A DNA stretch of 64,000 nucleotides from Curvularia clavata (taxonomy: Eukaryota): contig CP089278.1 in assembly GCA_023920165.1 (NCBI GenBank), positions 2,418,001 through 2,482,000 on the forward strand. The letters run 5' to 3'. This document shows, piece after piece, positions 35,692 to 46,950 of this stretch. Position numbers and translations under genes: made by a program. The number at the start of each line of letters is the position of its first letter. Position 1 is the first letter of the stretch. The notes beneath the pieces are model-generated. The model had not been told where the DNA came from, did no database searches, and saw nothing but the letters and a program-made list of their open reading frames with translations.

Positions 35692-37495
35692 CTATCCACA
35701 AACCAGCCCATCCCTCGGCTCCTCAACAACCTGCTGTCTCTCACCCTTCTCATCGGGCAACACCTCCTTCTCTACCCTACCACCCGGCTCCAAACCAGCC
35801 GCTCTCACCTCTGCATCGCCCTCCTTAACCGCCTGTTCCGCCTGCTGCTCCAGCCGCTTCTTTTCCTTCTTACTGACCGTCATACTGCCTTTCTCCAGTG
35901 CCTCCTTGGGCAGAGGCCGGACATACGGTTGGCAAACCCACCACGGGCGTTTGCAGCGAGCTACGGTGGCGAGTGAAGACTCGTAGGGGTCGAGGGGTTC
36001 AGGGACGGTTGTTGAGTTGTCTTCAGCGGCAGCGGCCGGCGTCTCGTTTGCGGTGTTGGCGTGCTCCTGCTCGTATTTCTGGATACCCTCTTTGACGGCT
36101 TTTTCCACCATGCTGAGCACGTTCTCGAAAGCATCGATATCACCTGTCCGCGAGCGTGCAAGTGCGTCGCGTATGTTGTGATGCTCTGCGACGAGCGGCC
36201 GGAGGAGGTGGAAAAGATGTGCCTGCATAGCAGTCAAGTTTGGGTTCGACGCCTCTTTTTTCTTCTCGGATTTGGACATTTGCTTTCTCTTCTTTTTTGG
36301 TGGGCCCTCTTCGTCCTCTGTTTCGGGCTTGGTGTCCTCTTCGGGCTTGGGTGGCTCTTCAAGATCCCCGGGAATCCATAGTGGTTTCCGCTGGGGAGGT
36401 TCTTGACCCAGCGCATACTTGTGGATGATGTCCATGTACCGCCTCATCACAGCGTCCATTCTGTAACCACCCTTGCCGTCCCGACCCCGCCAGTATTCGC
36501 GTCCTTCCTGGCCTACAGGCGGTGGCGGCGCGAAGATGGTCGGGTCATACAGGTTTCCTTCTGCGCTCATGACTCCGTCTGCACCCGTTGCCTCTAAGCA
36601 GGCTGCGATATCCTCGTGCTGTAGAATGTTTCCATTCGCAAAGATCACAGTCTCCTTGGGCAGGTTTTCTCGCAGATACCGAATCATCTGCCAGTCTGCT
36701 AACCCGGTGTTGTGGCCCTTCTGTTCTCTCCGCCGCCCATGCACTGTGATGATGCTTGCGCCTGCGTCCAGGATCGTCTTCGCATAAGCCAGGGTCTTTT
36801 CCGGGGTTTCTAGAATGCGCATTTTCGCTGTGACCGGAACCTCGAGCTCTTCGTGAAGTTTCCGTATCATTCGCGCGATCAAATCCCAGTCTTCTTGTAG
36901 GAACGAGCCGTATTTTCCTCTTTTTGCAATTCCCTGGGGACAACCCAAGTTCAAGTCTACCGCATCGCAAAAGGGTGCAACGTGCTTGGCTGCTCGAAGG
37001 AAGTCGTCTGGATCGTTGGAGCAAAACTGCACAGTAAGTGGCCTGTCGAAAGCCGGGTTGCCGTCCAAATGTCTGCTCGAATCGGGCAGCTGAGACAACT
37101 GGTGCTGCTCGTCGGGCGAGGGAAGAGGCGACTTGAGGGGCTGGAAATGCGAATCCCGATACTGGCTCTTCTCGCCAAACATTTTGGAGTGAAACATGGG
37201 TGTGTACGCTAACAGGGACTTTTGTTCCGATTTAGGGAGGAAAGAGCGTGATAGAAGTCGCCATGCCTGTGGTCGCATTGCGGTCAGCAATTATTCCAAA
37301 GTGACAGCGCAATAATGGGATGGAACATACGAACTCTGACTGTTCCACCATGGGAGCAAGCACGAGTTTCGGACTTCCAATACTCTCGTAGAATGCGCGC
37401 CCATGCAGCTTCTGCGGCTTTCCATTCGTCTGAGCCATCTTGTTACCATCCGCTACTCCGGCAGTCTCCTGCACGGTCTGAGTCGCAGTCGCCAT
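35692..37495 (-). CDS. DUS1: tRNA-dihydrouridine(16/17) synthase Dus1; one intron (about 37330-37268)
   Basis: LAPMVEQSEF/AWR, YTPMFH, DRPLTVQFC, VDLNLGCPQGIAKRGKYGSFL, PVTAKMR, TVHGR, FANGNI, DGVMSAEGNL. Confidence 0.95.
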
Positions 37496-38691
37496 TGTCC
37501 TAAACTGTCGCTTCGCTACTCGGAATACTATCGTGGGGGCGGTTGCGCCCCCAAACGTCTTGAAGAGCGAGGAGCGTATGACGTCGGATGGAAGATGTGC
37601 TCAAGGTTGTCTGAGGCGTTCTCCGCCAAGTGTCACGGTTCGTGGATTGATCAAAGACAGGGTTGGGGTCATGGTGAACTCGTGGGAAAAAAAAGATATC
37701 AACCACTCCGCCAGCACTGGCCAATCGGCGTCCACCAAAGCTCCGGGCCAGCCAAGCACGGCGAGTGATGACCATGTGTTCGTTAGAGTCACAGAACGCT
37801 ATGTATCAGGACCCTGAAGTTGGTATATTTACTTTTTTTCGTTATATGAGTTTTCGCTTGTGACGTCGTGACTCGTCCTGTGCTGCTGTGTTACTTTGCA
37901 TCGGGATACCAAAATTCGTCTCTGCTCGAGCCGTCCATATATGTAGTGGATGGAAGACAGGACGAGTTTCATGCCAACGTCGAGATCCACGACGCACTTG
38001 TGCTCGGAAATGCAAGAAAGGGATGCGGTTTGATGTACGGCTGCGATCACGCAACTCCTGACAACCGCCTTAGCACAGGCCATGGGTGCGATCACGCCAT
38101 CAAGGTACCACATTGCAAAGTGGGCACGTAACTTTATATCTTCCTCGCGCCCTCACTCAAGTACACACAGCAACATCCAGCACACCATATTAGATCAATG
38201 TTAATTCTAACGACAGCTAGGCCGTTTGATATAGCTCGAAGCTTTCCTCATCGTAGGACGATATAACAATACACGCATAAACAGACATAATGCTCGACCA
38301 GATCCCATAAAGCATAAACGCCATGTCTCAATCATCACCACCCTCATCCTTGATCCATTGATGTCGAACCGACAATCATTACGCAGGACCTTTTGTCGGC
38401 CGTGATGGCGTCCGACTCCACAAAAGGAGAGGCTACTCTCTATGAGTGTGCCGAGAAAGGGGCCGAAGGAAAACGCTGAATTGCAGAGGCGGCAGAGGAC
38501 CCATCCGACCGTTGAAATCAAAACGCCGAAATTATGCAAATGTTAAGAAGCGACTTGCGTCGAAGTCCGAAAAGGTGGAATGACCGATGCAGAGGCAATC
38601 GCAATCATCCGGATATCATCAAGAGAAGGTATGACATGACTAGAAAACCTGGGCCCGACTCAAAGGCACACAGGTGGTGGAGACGCCGCAT

Positions 38692-39969
38692 TCAGAAGGT
38701 GCTCCAGTTCCAGGTGCCCTGGAGGCTCTGTGCCAAACTACCCACGCGGGTGTTTTCTGGCCGCTTTGGAGCCGCGGGCGTCTGAATGGATTTTGCCGGG
38801 GCCGGCCCGCTGCTGTTGGAGCTCTCGCTGTTGGTGCGGCTGGACCGAAGGTGCTCCCACTCGCGGAATGAACTGTGGCAACGGTCACATGCGCGATGCC
38901 AGTGGCCTAGAGGGTGGAAGCGTGCCAGTTCGTCGAGGCGGACTTGGTTGCGTGAGTGCTGGGCACAGAAGATGCCACCACACTTGCGGCAGTGGTGACG
39001 GCGCTGGAAGAAGCCGAATGGTTCTTGACAAGACGAAGCGGAGCACACCATGGTGGATCCATCTGCCTAAAGCGACTGTTAGCATGATTGGTCTGGACCG
39101 TCAATACAACTAAAGAAAATAGCTTGGCAGGCTAATGACGCCAAACCCTGCATCGGATAAAACCTTTAGCGCGGGGTGGAAAAGCGGTCCAAGTACTAAA
39201 ATGGCAGTTCCGTGGGCATCGAAGACGACAGAAACTCCGAACGCCGTGCGATGCCCTACAGTGTGCCATGTTGGCCGGTTTTGCAGAGGCTCGTATCGAC
39301 TGTCGAGTCTTGCATGACGCCCACAAGCTTGTTGGGGCGGCAGATGGCAAGCGCTCGGCAAGTCGGCTCTGCAGACCACGGGAGGACCACTGACCAGCAC
39401 GACGCTAACGAGGTCCACTTCGGCCATGTACGTAAGACGGGTCCCTCGAGCCCCAACTGAGCACGCGACAAAAAGGATGCATGAGGCTACAGGGGCAATA
39501 GGAATAAAGTGGAATCATAACATACCTGCCAGTGGTTCCGTGTGATTGGTCCAGCAACGGGGGACAAGGGTTCGTGGCTGTAGAGGCTCTGCATGTCTTC
39601 ATTGCCAATGTGAGAGCCAGGAGTGGTGCTACCGTCGTTGGCAGCCCAGCCAAAGCCTGCACTGGTCGACCATGCGTTGCTTGTCGAGTCTGTGCTGGAG
39701 GAATCTTGCTTGGGCGGCGACTTGCTGGCGGGCCTCTCGGTCTTGCGCAGGGCAGCTGGGATGCCGATGGCGGTTCTGGGCTGGTAGATGCCTTGGTGGC
39801 GGGCAAGAGGCAGTTGTGTGTTACGAGGAGAGGTGGGAGAGATATTTGTGGGAGTGTTGAGGCCAGAGTTGGTGGGCGAGACCTGGGTATAATTCGACTT
39901 GCGGTAGGCATGGTGCTGGTAGGGCTGGTGCTGGGGGAATGCAGTCGTGGTGGAGAAAGTCGTGGCCAT
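38692..39969 (-). CDS. FYVE zinc-finger protein; single 459-nt intron (39525-39067)
   Basis: [15 protein letters not shown]...C...[18 protein letters not shown]...RACDRC gives the WxxD, RRHHCR and RxC FYVE motifs. C-terminus is NWSTF. Confidence 0.9.
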
Positions 39970-42179
39970 GTTGGCTGGGAGGTTGTTTGTCAAAAGAGGC
40001 GGGGTGTAGTGAGGGATGCGAGGCGCGCTCTGAGAGGTATAAGATGTCGGCCTGTCAGGAAGTGGCTGATGCAGGCAGGGCAGGCGGTGAAAATGCCGTG
40101 ACGGTACTGGTGCGATAGCACAGGAACAGAGGGGTGGATTCAAAGGTCGTGGCGGAGTGCGAGGCAGCCAGTACTGGTGCAGGAGTGGCACAAAGGGTGA
40201 TCCTGGCAAGACGGGCCCAAAGGGAAGCGTGCGGTTCCTGGGTAGGGTTTGCTGCGAGGTTGTGGCTGCAAGTGGATTGGTAGCTGACGTGCAGGCGATA
40301 AGAGGACAGACAGCGGTGATGGGATACGCCGGGGCCGTAGGATGAGCTCGGGGCTAGCAGCACATGGCACTGGGGCGTCGTGTGATGGAGGGACGGTGAG
40401 AGGATGCGGTATGAGTGTGTTGTAGAGGCAAGGCAGCAGATGGTGTCGCGTGAGTGCGGAGAGGGCTGGGGTGAGGCTCTGGGGCACAGGGTGAATTAAG
40501 TCAAGGCCAGCCAGCGGCTCTAGTAGTAGTAGTAGCAAGCAGCCATTACCAACAGCGAAGTGACGGGGTGGGGGCAGCCGGTCGCCTAATGGGGAATTAC
40601 GCCCGCGTGCTTGGCGGCAGAGTGAAGGGCAAGGGTACCATCGGGCTACGACCGGCGGCCATTTTTTGAACATGAAAATGGTCAGCGCAACCACGCGCAT
40701 TTGCATTGGCGACACTGCGCAGCGGCCACTCGGGGCTGCCCCGCGATACACCGCTGGAATGACTTGGGCAAAAACAAAGCACGGCGAGCGACTGGGGAAG
40801 CCAAACGGCGTATCTGGGAGCGCATGCAGCAGCGTCTTGTTTTGCAGGCCGCAAAACAAAAGACGGCCTCTTGTGCGAACAGCGTTGCATCTGCGCTGCC
40901 TCGCGGTGGCCAGCCGTTGCGCCCCACCTTGCCTGTTTGGGCGCGCCTCTTATCTCTGGCCAATGGCGGTGCTCGCTTATGCAAAGCATCCCTTGCCACG
41001 GCGAATCTGCGCGTCCGCCATCTCCGAGGGCGGAACACCAGCGTCAGTCCAAACTCTAACCCACAGCATGAGGGCGCCATGATGCATCTTGAGCGACGTT
41101 GCTTGCTGATCCCGTCGTCATCTCTGGGTCCTCGACACCAGGACATGCTACAGACTGCCAGATCTGGTGCTCATCTTGCAGCCAGCATCGCCATCACGCA
41201 GCACACATCGCTCATCGACCCTCATGGCGCCCGCTCAACAACATGACCAGGCAGGTCTGCCGCGAGAGGCGCCCAGCACCATGCCCGCTGAGATGCGGCA
41301 AGACGTGCAACAACTGGCGGGGCAGCAGCCACACCGCACTACTCCAACTACTCCATATGCCATGCAGCCCAGCCCGCATCGCCAGTATCCACGCCTCAGA
41401 AATAGCCGTCGCCAGGCGCGCGCGCCCTCGTTGCCCAATATATTGCGCTCCACTCGCTGCGACTGCAACTCCATGCTCGTACGGCCAGACTTCACCATCT
41501 ACCAGTAGTTGTGTGTGTGGGACCAAGACTGCATTGCCAATCACCATGTCGCCGCTCGGCCGCCAGGGGGCGGCCGCGCCACTTGGAACATGCCGTCGGT
41601 GAAGGCCAGCCTCACGATGCCGCCTCAACTTCGGAATCCCTCTTGTCTGCGAGACGAGCGACTTGTCATGGTCACTTTGGGACAACGGTAGGGCTGGATC
41701 CGATGACTCGTACCGCTGCACACAAGCATCAGCCCGTGCATGCAACCCTGCAAACATTTGACGTACTTCGTATACTCAACCCTGGCACCATGACAGACTG
41801 ACGTTCCCATCTCTTTCTCTCGCTCGCGGATCTGGCGATTCCTGTCTTCCTTGGTCCAAGCACGCGGCCGGCTTCAACAATTCGACATGCCAATATGCCA
41901 AGCCCGGGCCTCCGCCTAGTGGCGAGCTTCTGTCTTTGTCCTTGTCCAGCTGGGCCGAGGCTCCCTGCCGCCCGCCAGTGCGGCGAGTACACTACAGCTA
42001 CTCTAAAACAATGGCACGGCTTGCGACGATAGCACGCTCCGCCATCTCCAGTTGTGGATTCGCATCAAGACAGACACAGCCTTGCATCTCTAGCACGCTC
42101 CATTGCTCCACTCTCCAGACCCTTCGAGCGCTTGCCCTAGAACTAAGGCTATCCCTGACGTCCTAACCTACGTGGCGAA

Positions 42180-44417
42180 ATGGCAACACCACTGCAGACC
42201 AAGCCCATTTCGCCGAGAGCTACACCTTTGCCTCCACTGCCATCTGAGGATCCGCTTACGCCTACGCAGTGGAAGACGCTACTTGCCATTGCAGATGCCA
42301 TCATACCTGCTATCAAGCCCGCAGCTACCGCAAATGCCCAAACGGACATTGCTACTGCAGACAATGCTTACTCCAACGCTATCAGCACGCTGAGTGGGCG
42401 TATACCAGACAGCGAGCCTGATGCTGAAGCAGTCGCCCGCGAGTACTTGGCGGTCTATGCAAGCCAGGACCCCGCATTTCAAGCAGAGCTGCAGAGGGTT
42501 TTCGCCCTGTACATGCCCCATAGCCAGAGAAAGGAGCTTGCCATGGTGCTTGATGTTCTGGATAACAGGGCGGGGTCATTGGTCCTCACTGGATATCTCA
42601 CGCCCATTAGCGCCCAGCCCGTCCACATCAGAGAATCTATCCTGCAGGGTTGGGAAAGTGCTCGGCTGGGACCTCTTCGTCAACTGCGCCGCTCATTGAC
42701 CATTCTCTGCAAGCAAGCTTGGGTCAAGACGTCGCCGGTTTTGCGGCGTGTCTTGGGTGCACCACGAGTGCCCGTTGGCATGAAGCCTGGCAAAGGATTT
42801 GATTATGAATTCATCCAGATTCCGCCAGGCAATGAGCCCGAGGTGATTGAGACAGACGTGCTCATCGTGGGCAGCGGCTGTGGAGGCGGTGTGAGTGCAA
42901 AGAATCTGGCCGAAGCAGGACATCGCGTCTTGATCGTCGAGAAGGCGTATCATTGGACTCCGGACCACTACCCCATGGCCGAAGTTGATGGCTGGCACCA
43001 TCTTTTCATGAGCGGCTCATTCCTGACGTCGGATGACAGCTCGGTCAGCGTCGTGGCAGGACAGACGCTGGGTGGTGGAGGTACGGTCAACTGGTCTGCT
43101 TCCCTCCAGACACAGGGCTACGTCCGCCGCGAATGGGCTGCCCGAGGCCTGCCATTCTTTACATCGGCCGACTTTCAGCAGTCACTAGACCGTGTCTGTG
43201 GGCGCATGGGCGTATCGACCGAGCACATCAAGCACAACCCGTGCAACCAGATGTTGCTGGATGGCGCCAGGAAGCTAGGATGGTCAGCCAAGCCAGTGCC
43301 ACAGAACACTGGGGGCAAGCAGCACTACTGTGGCTACTGCAATTTTGGCTGTGGCGCATGCGAAAAACAGGGGCCCGTGGTATCTTTCCTGCCAGACGCA
43401 GCTCGTGCGGGCGCACAGTTCCTCGAGGGCTTCGACGCCGAGAAGGTTATTTTTTCCGATGGGCACGGCCCACGGGTAGCAACCGGCGTCGAGGGAACAT
43501 GGGTGTCGCGCGACATCCACGGCGGGGTATCAGGCTCGCCTATTAATCGACGCAAGGTAGTCATCAAGGCGAAGCGCGTCATTGTCTCGGCGGGCACACT
43601 GCAGTCCCCCCTGCTCTTGATGCGCTCTGGGCTGAAGAACCCGAACATTGGCCGCAATCTCTATCTCCATCCTGTCACCTTTCTCGGTGCCTACCACAAG
43701 CAAGAGATTAGGCCTTGGGAGGGAGGTATCCTGACCTCCGTGGTTAGCGAATTTGAAAATCTGGATGGCCGGGGCCATGGTGCCAAACTTGAAGCAACCA
43801 ACATGGTCCCGTCGTCGTGTCTTCTGTGGGTAGATTGGAAAGGAGGACTGCAATACAAGCTTGACGCTGCCAGGCTGAAACACCTGGTCGGTTACATATC
43901 TATTGCAAAGGATAGAGATACAGGGAGAGTGTATCCCGATCCTGTTGATGGACGGGTGCGAATTGCGTACCAGGTTAGCAAGTTCGACAAGGAGCACATC
44001 CTGGAGGGCATTCTAGCTCTGGCGAAGATTCAGTACATTGAAGGCGCAGAAGAAATCATCACGACCATACCTGGCATGAGGTCATTTATTCGTGATCCTC
44101 TTGCACCAGAAGGCGCTGGTATCAACGATGAGGCGTTCCAGGCCTGGCTTGCAGAGGTGCGCGCCAAGGGCTTCCCATCACCCGAGAGTATGTTTGTGTC
44201 TGCGCATCAGATGGGCACGTGCCGGATGAGTGTGCGAGAACAAGAGGGCGTTGTTGATTCCCAGGGCAAAGTTTGGGGCACAGAGGGATTATATGTGGCA
44301 GACGCTAGTGTTTTCCCCAGCGCCAGCGGGGTCAATCCCATGGTAACCAACATGGCAATCAGCGACTGGATTAGTCGAGGGATTGCAAAGGGTCTGGAGG
44401 AGCGCCCGAGGCTGTAG
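42180..44417 (+). CDS. Long-chain fatty alcohol oxidase (GMC family), C-terminal PTS1-like PRL
   Basis: DVLIVGSGCGGGV, GQTLGGGGTVNWSASL, HYCGYC.FGC, NLYLHP, WEGGILT, SAHQMGTCRM, YVADASVFPSASGVNPM. Confidence 0.92.
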   Translation: MATPLQTKPISPRATPLPPLPSEDPLTPTQWKTLLAIADAIIPAIKPAATANAQTDIATADNAYSNAISTLSGRIPDSEPDAEAVAREYLAVYASQDPAFQAELQRVFALYMPHSQRKELAMVLDVLDNRAGSLVLTGYLTPISAQPVHIRESILQGWESARLGPLRQLRRSLTILCKQAWVKTSPVLRRVLGAPRVPVGMKPGKGFDYEFIQIPPGNEPEVIETDVLIVGSGCGGGVSAKNLAEAGHRVLIVEKAYHWTPDHYPMAEVDGWHHLFMSGSFLTSDDSSVSVVAGQTLGGGGTVNWSASLQTQGYVRREWAARGLPFFTSADFQQSLDRVCGRMGVSTEHIKHNPCNQMLLDGARKLGWSAKPVPQNTGGKQHYCGYCNFGCGACEKQGPVVSFLPDAARAGAQFLEGFDAEKVIFSDGHGPRVATGVEGTWVSRDIHGGVSGSPINRRKVVIKAKRVIVSAGTLQSPLLLMRSGLKNPNIGRNLYLHPVTFLGAYHKQEIRPWEGGILTSVVSEFENLDGRGHGAKLEATNMVPSSCLLWVDWKGGLQYKLDAARLKHLVGYISIAKDRDTGRVYPDPVDGRVRIAYQVSKFDKEHILEGILALAKIQYIEGAEEIITTIPGMRSFIRDPLAPEGAGINDEAFQAWLAEVRAKGFPSPESMFVSAHQMGTCRMSVREQEGVVDSQGKVWGTEGLYVADASVFPSASGVNPMVTNMAISDWISRGIAKGLEERPRL

Positions 44418-45167
44418 ACATGTACGTCATGTTGGGAGCGCACCAAAAAAAAGCGTCACGGTTTTGGATATGTTTGTAGTATGGGTGTGGCTGGCGAAGG
44501 ATTGGGCATGCAGCAGGATTAATGCAACGAGCACGGGATGTCGTTATCGCCAGGCGCAATTTTTTTCACACAGCCTCGCGGGTGGCTGCAATGGAGGGCT
44601 GCCATCAACAGCAATGGGTCAGGTTTCGCGGGGAAGAGTGGCATTAGGTTACCATCAGGCACACAATTGTCCATATCGCCACAAACAGTAGACTATTCAC
44701 AGCCCAAGCACATGGAGGATGCACCGACGTGATTGGCTGACGGAGTTGATACCGCCATGTCCCGTGCGGGCCGAGCAGGCGTTGCAGTTGTGACATCACC
44801 AGCCAACACCTTCGCACCAGATCTCCAGCTTTTGCTGCCATTGTAAGGCTAGGCCCGCGCCTTAGGACCCTGATCGCGCTTGAAACACAGGGACCCGAAA
44901 CAGACTTTTGTGCATGCTGCCACTGAGGCTGCCCTGCGTGTTCCGAGTCCCTCTTTATAAGGTGTATGTATGTATATGCCGCAGGCACACCTGGCCTGGT
45001 ATATTTAACACTCGAGACAACCGCCGCCGCCCGCTCTCTGCTCTGAAAACTGCGACTCGACACTTCGCGGCTGCCAGAAACCGTGTTGCCCGCTACAACA
45101 TAAACCTCGCCACCACGCCCACCACACCACCACCCACATCGACTGCGAAACCGTACCCCGCCCCGCA

Positions 45168-46085
45168 ATGACCAGCGTTCTCAAAGGCGGCTTCGGCTCG
45201 CTAGGAAGTGCGTCGCTGGGGAGCCCGAATCCAGGCACAGAGTTTGTCAACACCATTTGCCCCCTCAAGGGCGCCCTCGACGGCTACGATAATACCCTGC
45301 CATGCAGCAAGCAGAAGATCCACGTCCCGCCCAACTTTCGCGACGCCATGGCCGTCCGAGAGACCGTCTTTGGCGAGCAGGGCGTGCCCCTCGAGGCCGA
45401 GTTTGACGAAGACGATGCACGCAGCTGGCACTGGGTTGCTTATGCTTCGGTGGCCACGCATTCCTCCTCACCTCCCAAGGCACTGCGCCGCGCCGACTCA
45501 GGCAATACACCTGCTGACGACGCCCGTCGCGCCTCTGCTACCGCAACGCGCGTCCCCGTTGCGACAATCCGCCTCATACCCCCGCCCCACGGTCCCAACA
45601 AATACATACAACAGAACAAGGCGGACACGCATCCCGATGCAGACCCTCCACCAGAGGACCACGAACACAAGCAGCCTGCCGAACCCTACATCAAGCTGGG
45701 TCGGCTTGCAGTGCTTGCGCCATACCGCAGCCTTGGCCTTGCCAAGCTGCTCATTAACGCTGCACTTGACTATGCTACAGCGAACCCTGACCTGGTCTAC
45801 CGGCCTCCCTCTCCCACTGCCTTGGAGATGGCCCAGATACTAGGTAACAACAAGGAGAGAGAAATCACATGGCAGGGCCTTGTCATGATTCATGCTCAAG
45901 CAAACCTGCAGGCCATGTGGGAGAAGCATGGATTCCACGAGGAGCTTAGGGATGAAGATGGCGAAGTTGAGATAGAGGCTGAGCCTCACTGGATCGAGGA
46001 GGGCATCGAACATGTCGGCATGTGGAAGAGACTCCCAATCGAGAAGCGGAAGAGGCTGTCTTTGTCTTCTCTCGAGTCTGCTTGA
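45168..46085 (+). CDS. GNAT-family acetyltransferase
   Basis: DAMAVRETVF.EQGVPLEAEFDEDDARSWHWV...PVATIRL...IKLGRLAVL..YRSLGLAKLLI...HAQ...EEGIEHVGM. Confidence 0.88.
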   Translation: MTSVLKGGFGSLGSASLGSPNPGTEFVNTICPLKGALDGYDNTLPCSKQKIHVPPNFRDAMAVRETVFGEQGVPLEAEFDEDDARSWHWVAYASVATHSSSPPKALRRADSGNTPADDARRASATATRVPVATIRLIPPPHGPNKYIQQNKADTHPDADPPPEDHEHKQPAEPYIKLGRLAVLAPYRSLGLAKLLINAALDYATANPDLVYRPPSPTALEMAQILGNNKEREITWQGLVMIHAQANLQAMWEKHGFHEELRDEDGEVEIEAEPHWIEEGIEHVGMWKRLPIEKRKRLSLSSLESA

Positions 46086-46950
46086 GCACGTCATGTTCCT
46101 TCTGCGGATTACCACCATGCTTGCTTTCCTGTGCTCTCAAGTCCCGGATCCGATGGCCTTTTTGAGCACATTGGCAATAACACTGGATCCCAATACCCAC
46201 AAGCTGCATTTTCCTAGGCAATGCTGTGAAGCACTGGTCGAAAATACCGCCTCACAAACCAGCACACTATTATACCCCGCCTTTATCTTATCTTTATGAC
46301 GACCCGGCTTCTTTCTTTGTTTTTGTTGTTTAGGTTTTAGAGGCAGGAGTTAGGGTTCAAAAGCAAGGGAAAATATAGGTCACAATGGTGGATGCCTTGC
46401 GATAGAGTAGCGAAAATGAAATCAATACCTTTTTACCCCCCTTGGAAATGGTCTTTTCTTCCTCTTTCTTCACTCAAGTCCAAATGTCATGAGTTAGTGC
46501 ACGGCTCTCATACTTGTCAGTATCAACAACCTCTAATGTAACCCTCTTTAGTGTCAAAAACTACAGAGGAAAACATGGGTCAAAGCTAAGTAGTCCAAGA
46601 GGTTGTGTGGGGAAATCGCAGTGACTATCCCAGGATGTTGTCTTGGTGAGTTGTCAAATGGGCGCCGTTTCTGCGCACCAAGGAAAATCAATCACAGGTA
46701 CATGTCATACAGTTAAGTTTCCTGGGGAAAACTGTCTTACTCTTGTAACCATGTGTTGTTCCTCAGAAACATTTCAACGGTCAAGCACGTGGTCACAGTC
46801 ACACGACCACCACACACCAGCCAGTTCACCATCATCGGGTTCAGTCACACCGCCGCTGTCACCTCGGTACAATTTCACATTTTGCATCGCTTTCACAAAT
46901 ACCACGGTCTGCGCGCAAAGATATCATACATAAAAGATGCACTCGCCACG

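Noticed and set aside
40000..42170. Many overlapping 100-240 aa ORFs between the FYVE and alcohol oxidase genes
   Set aside because: GC-rich divergent intergenic/UTR sequence. The ORFs are Arg/Pro/Cys-rich, often start at non-ATG codons, and have no domains.
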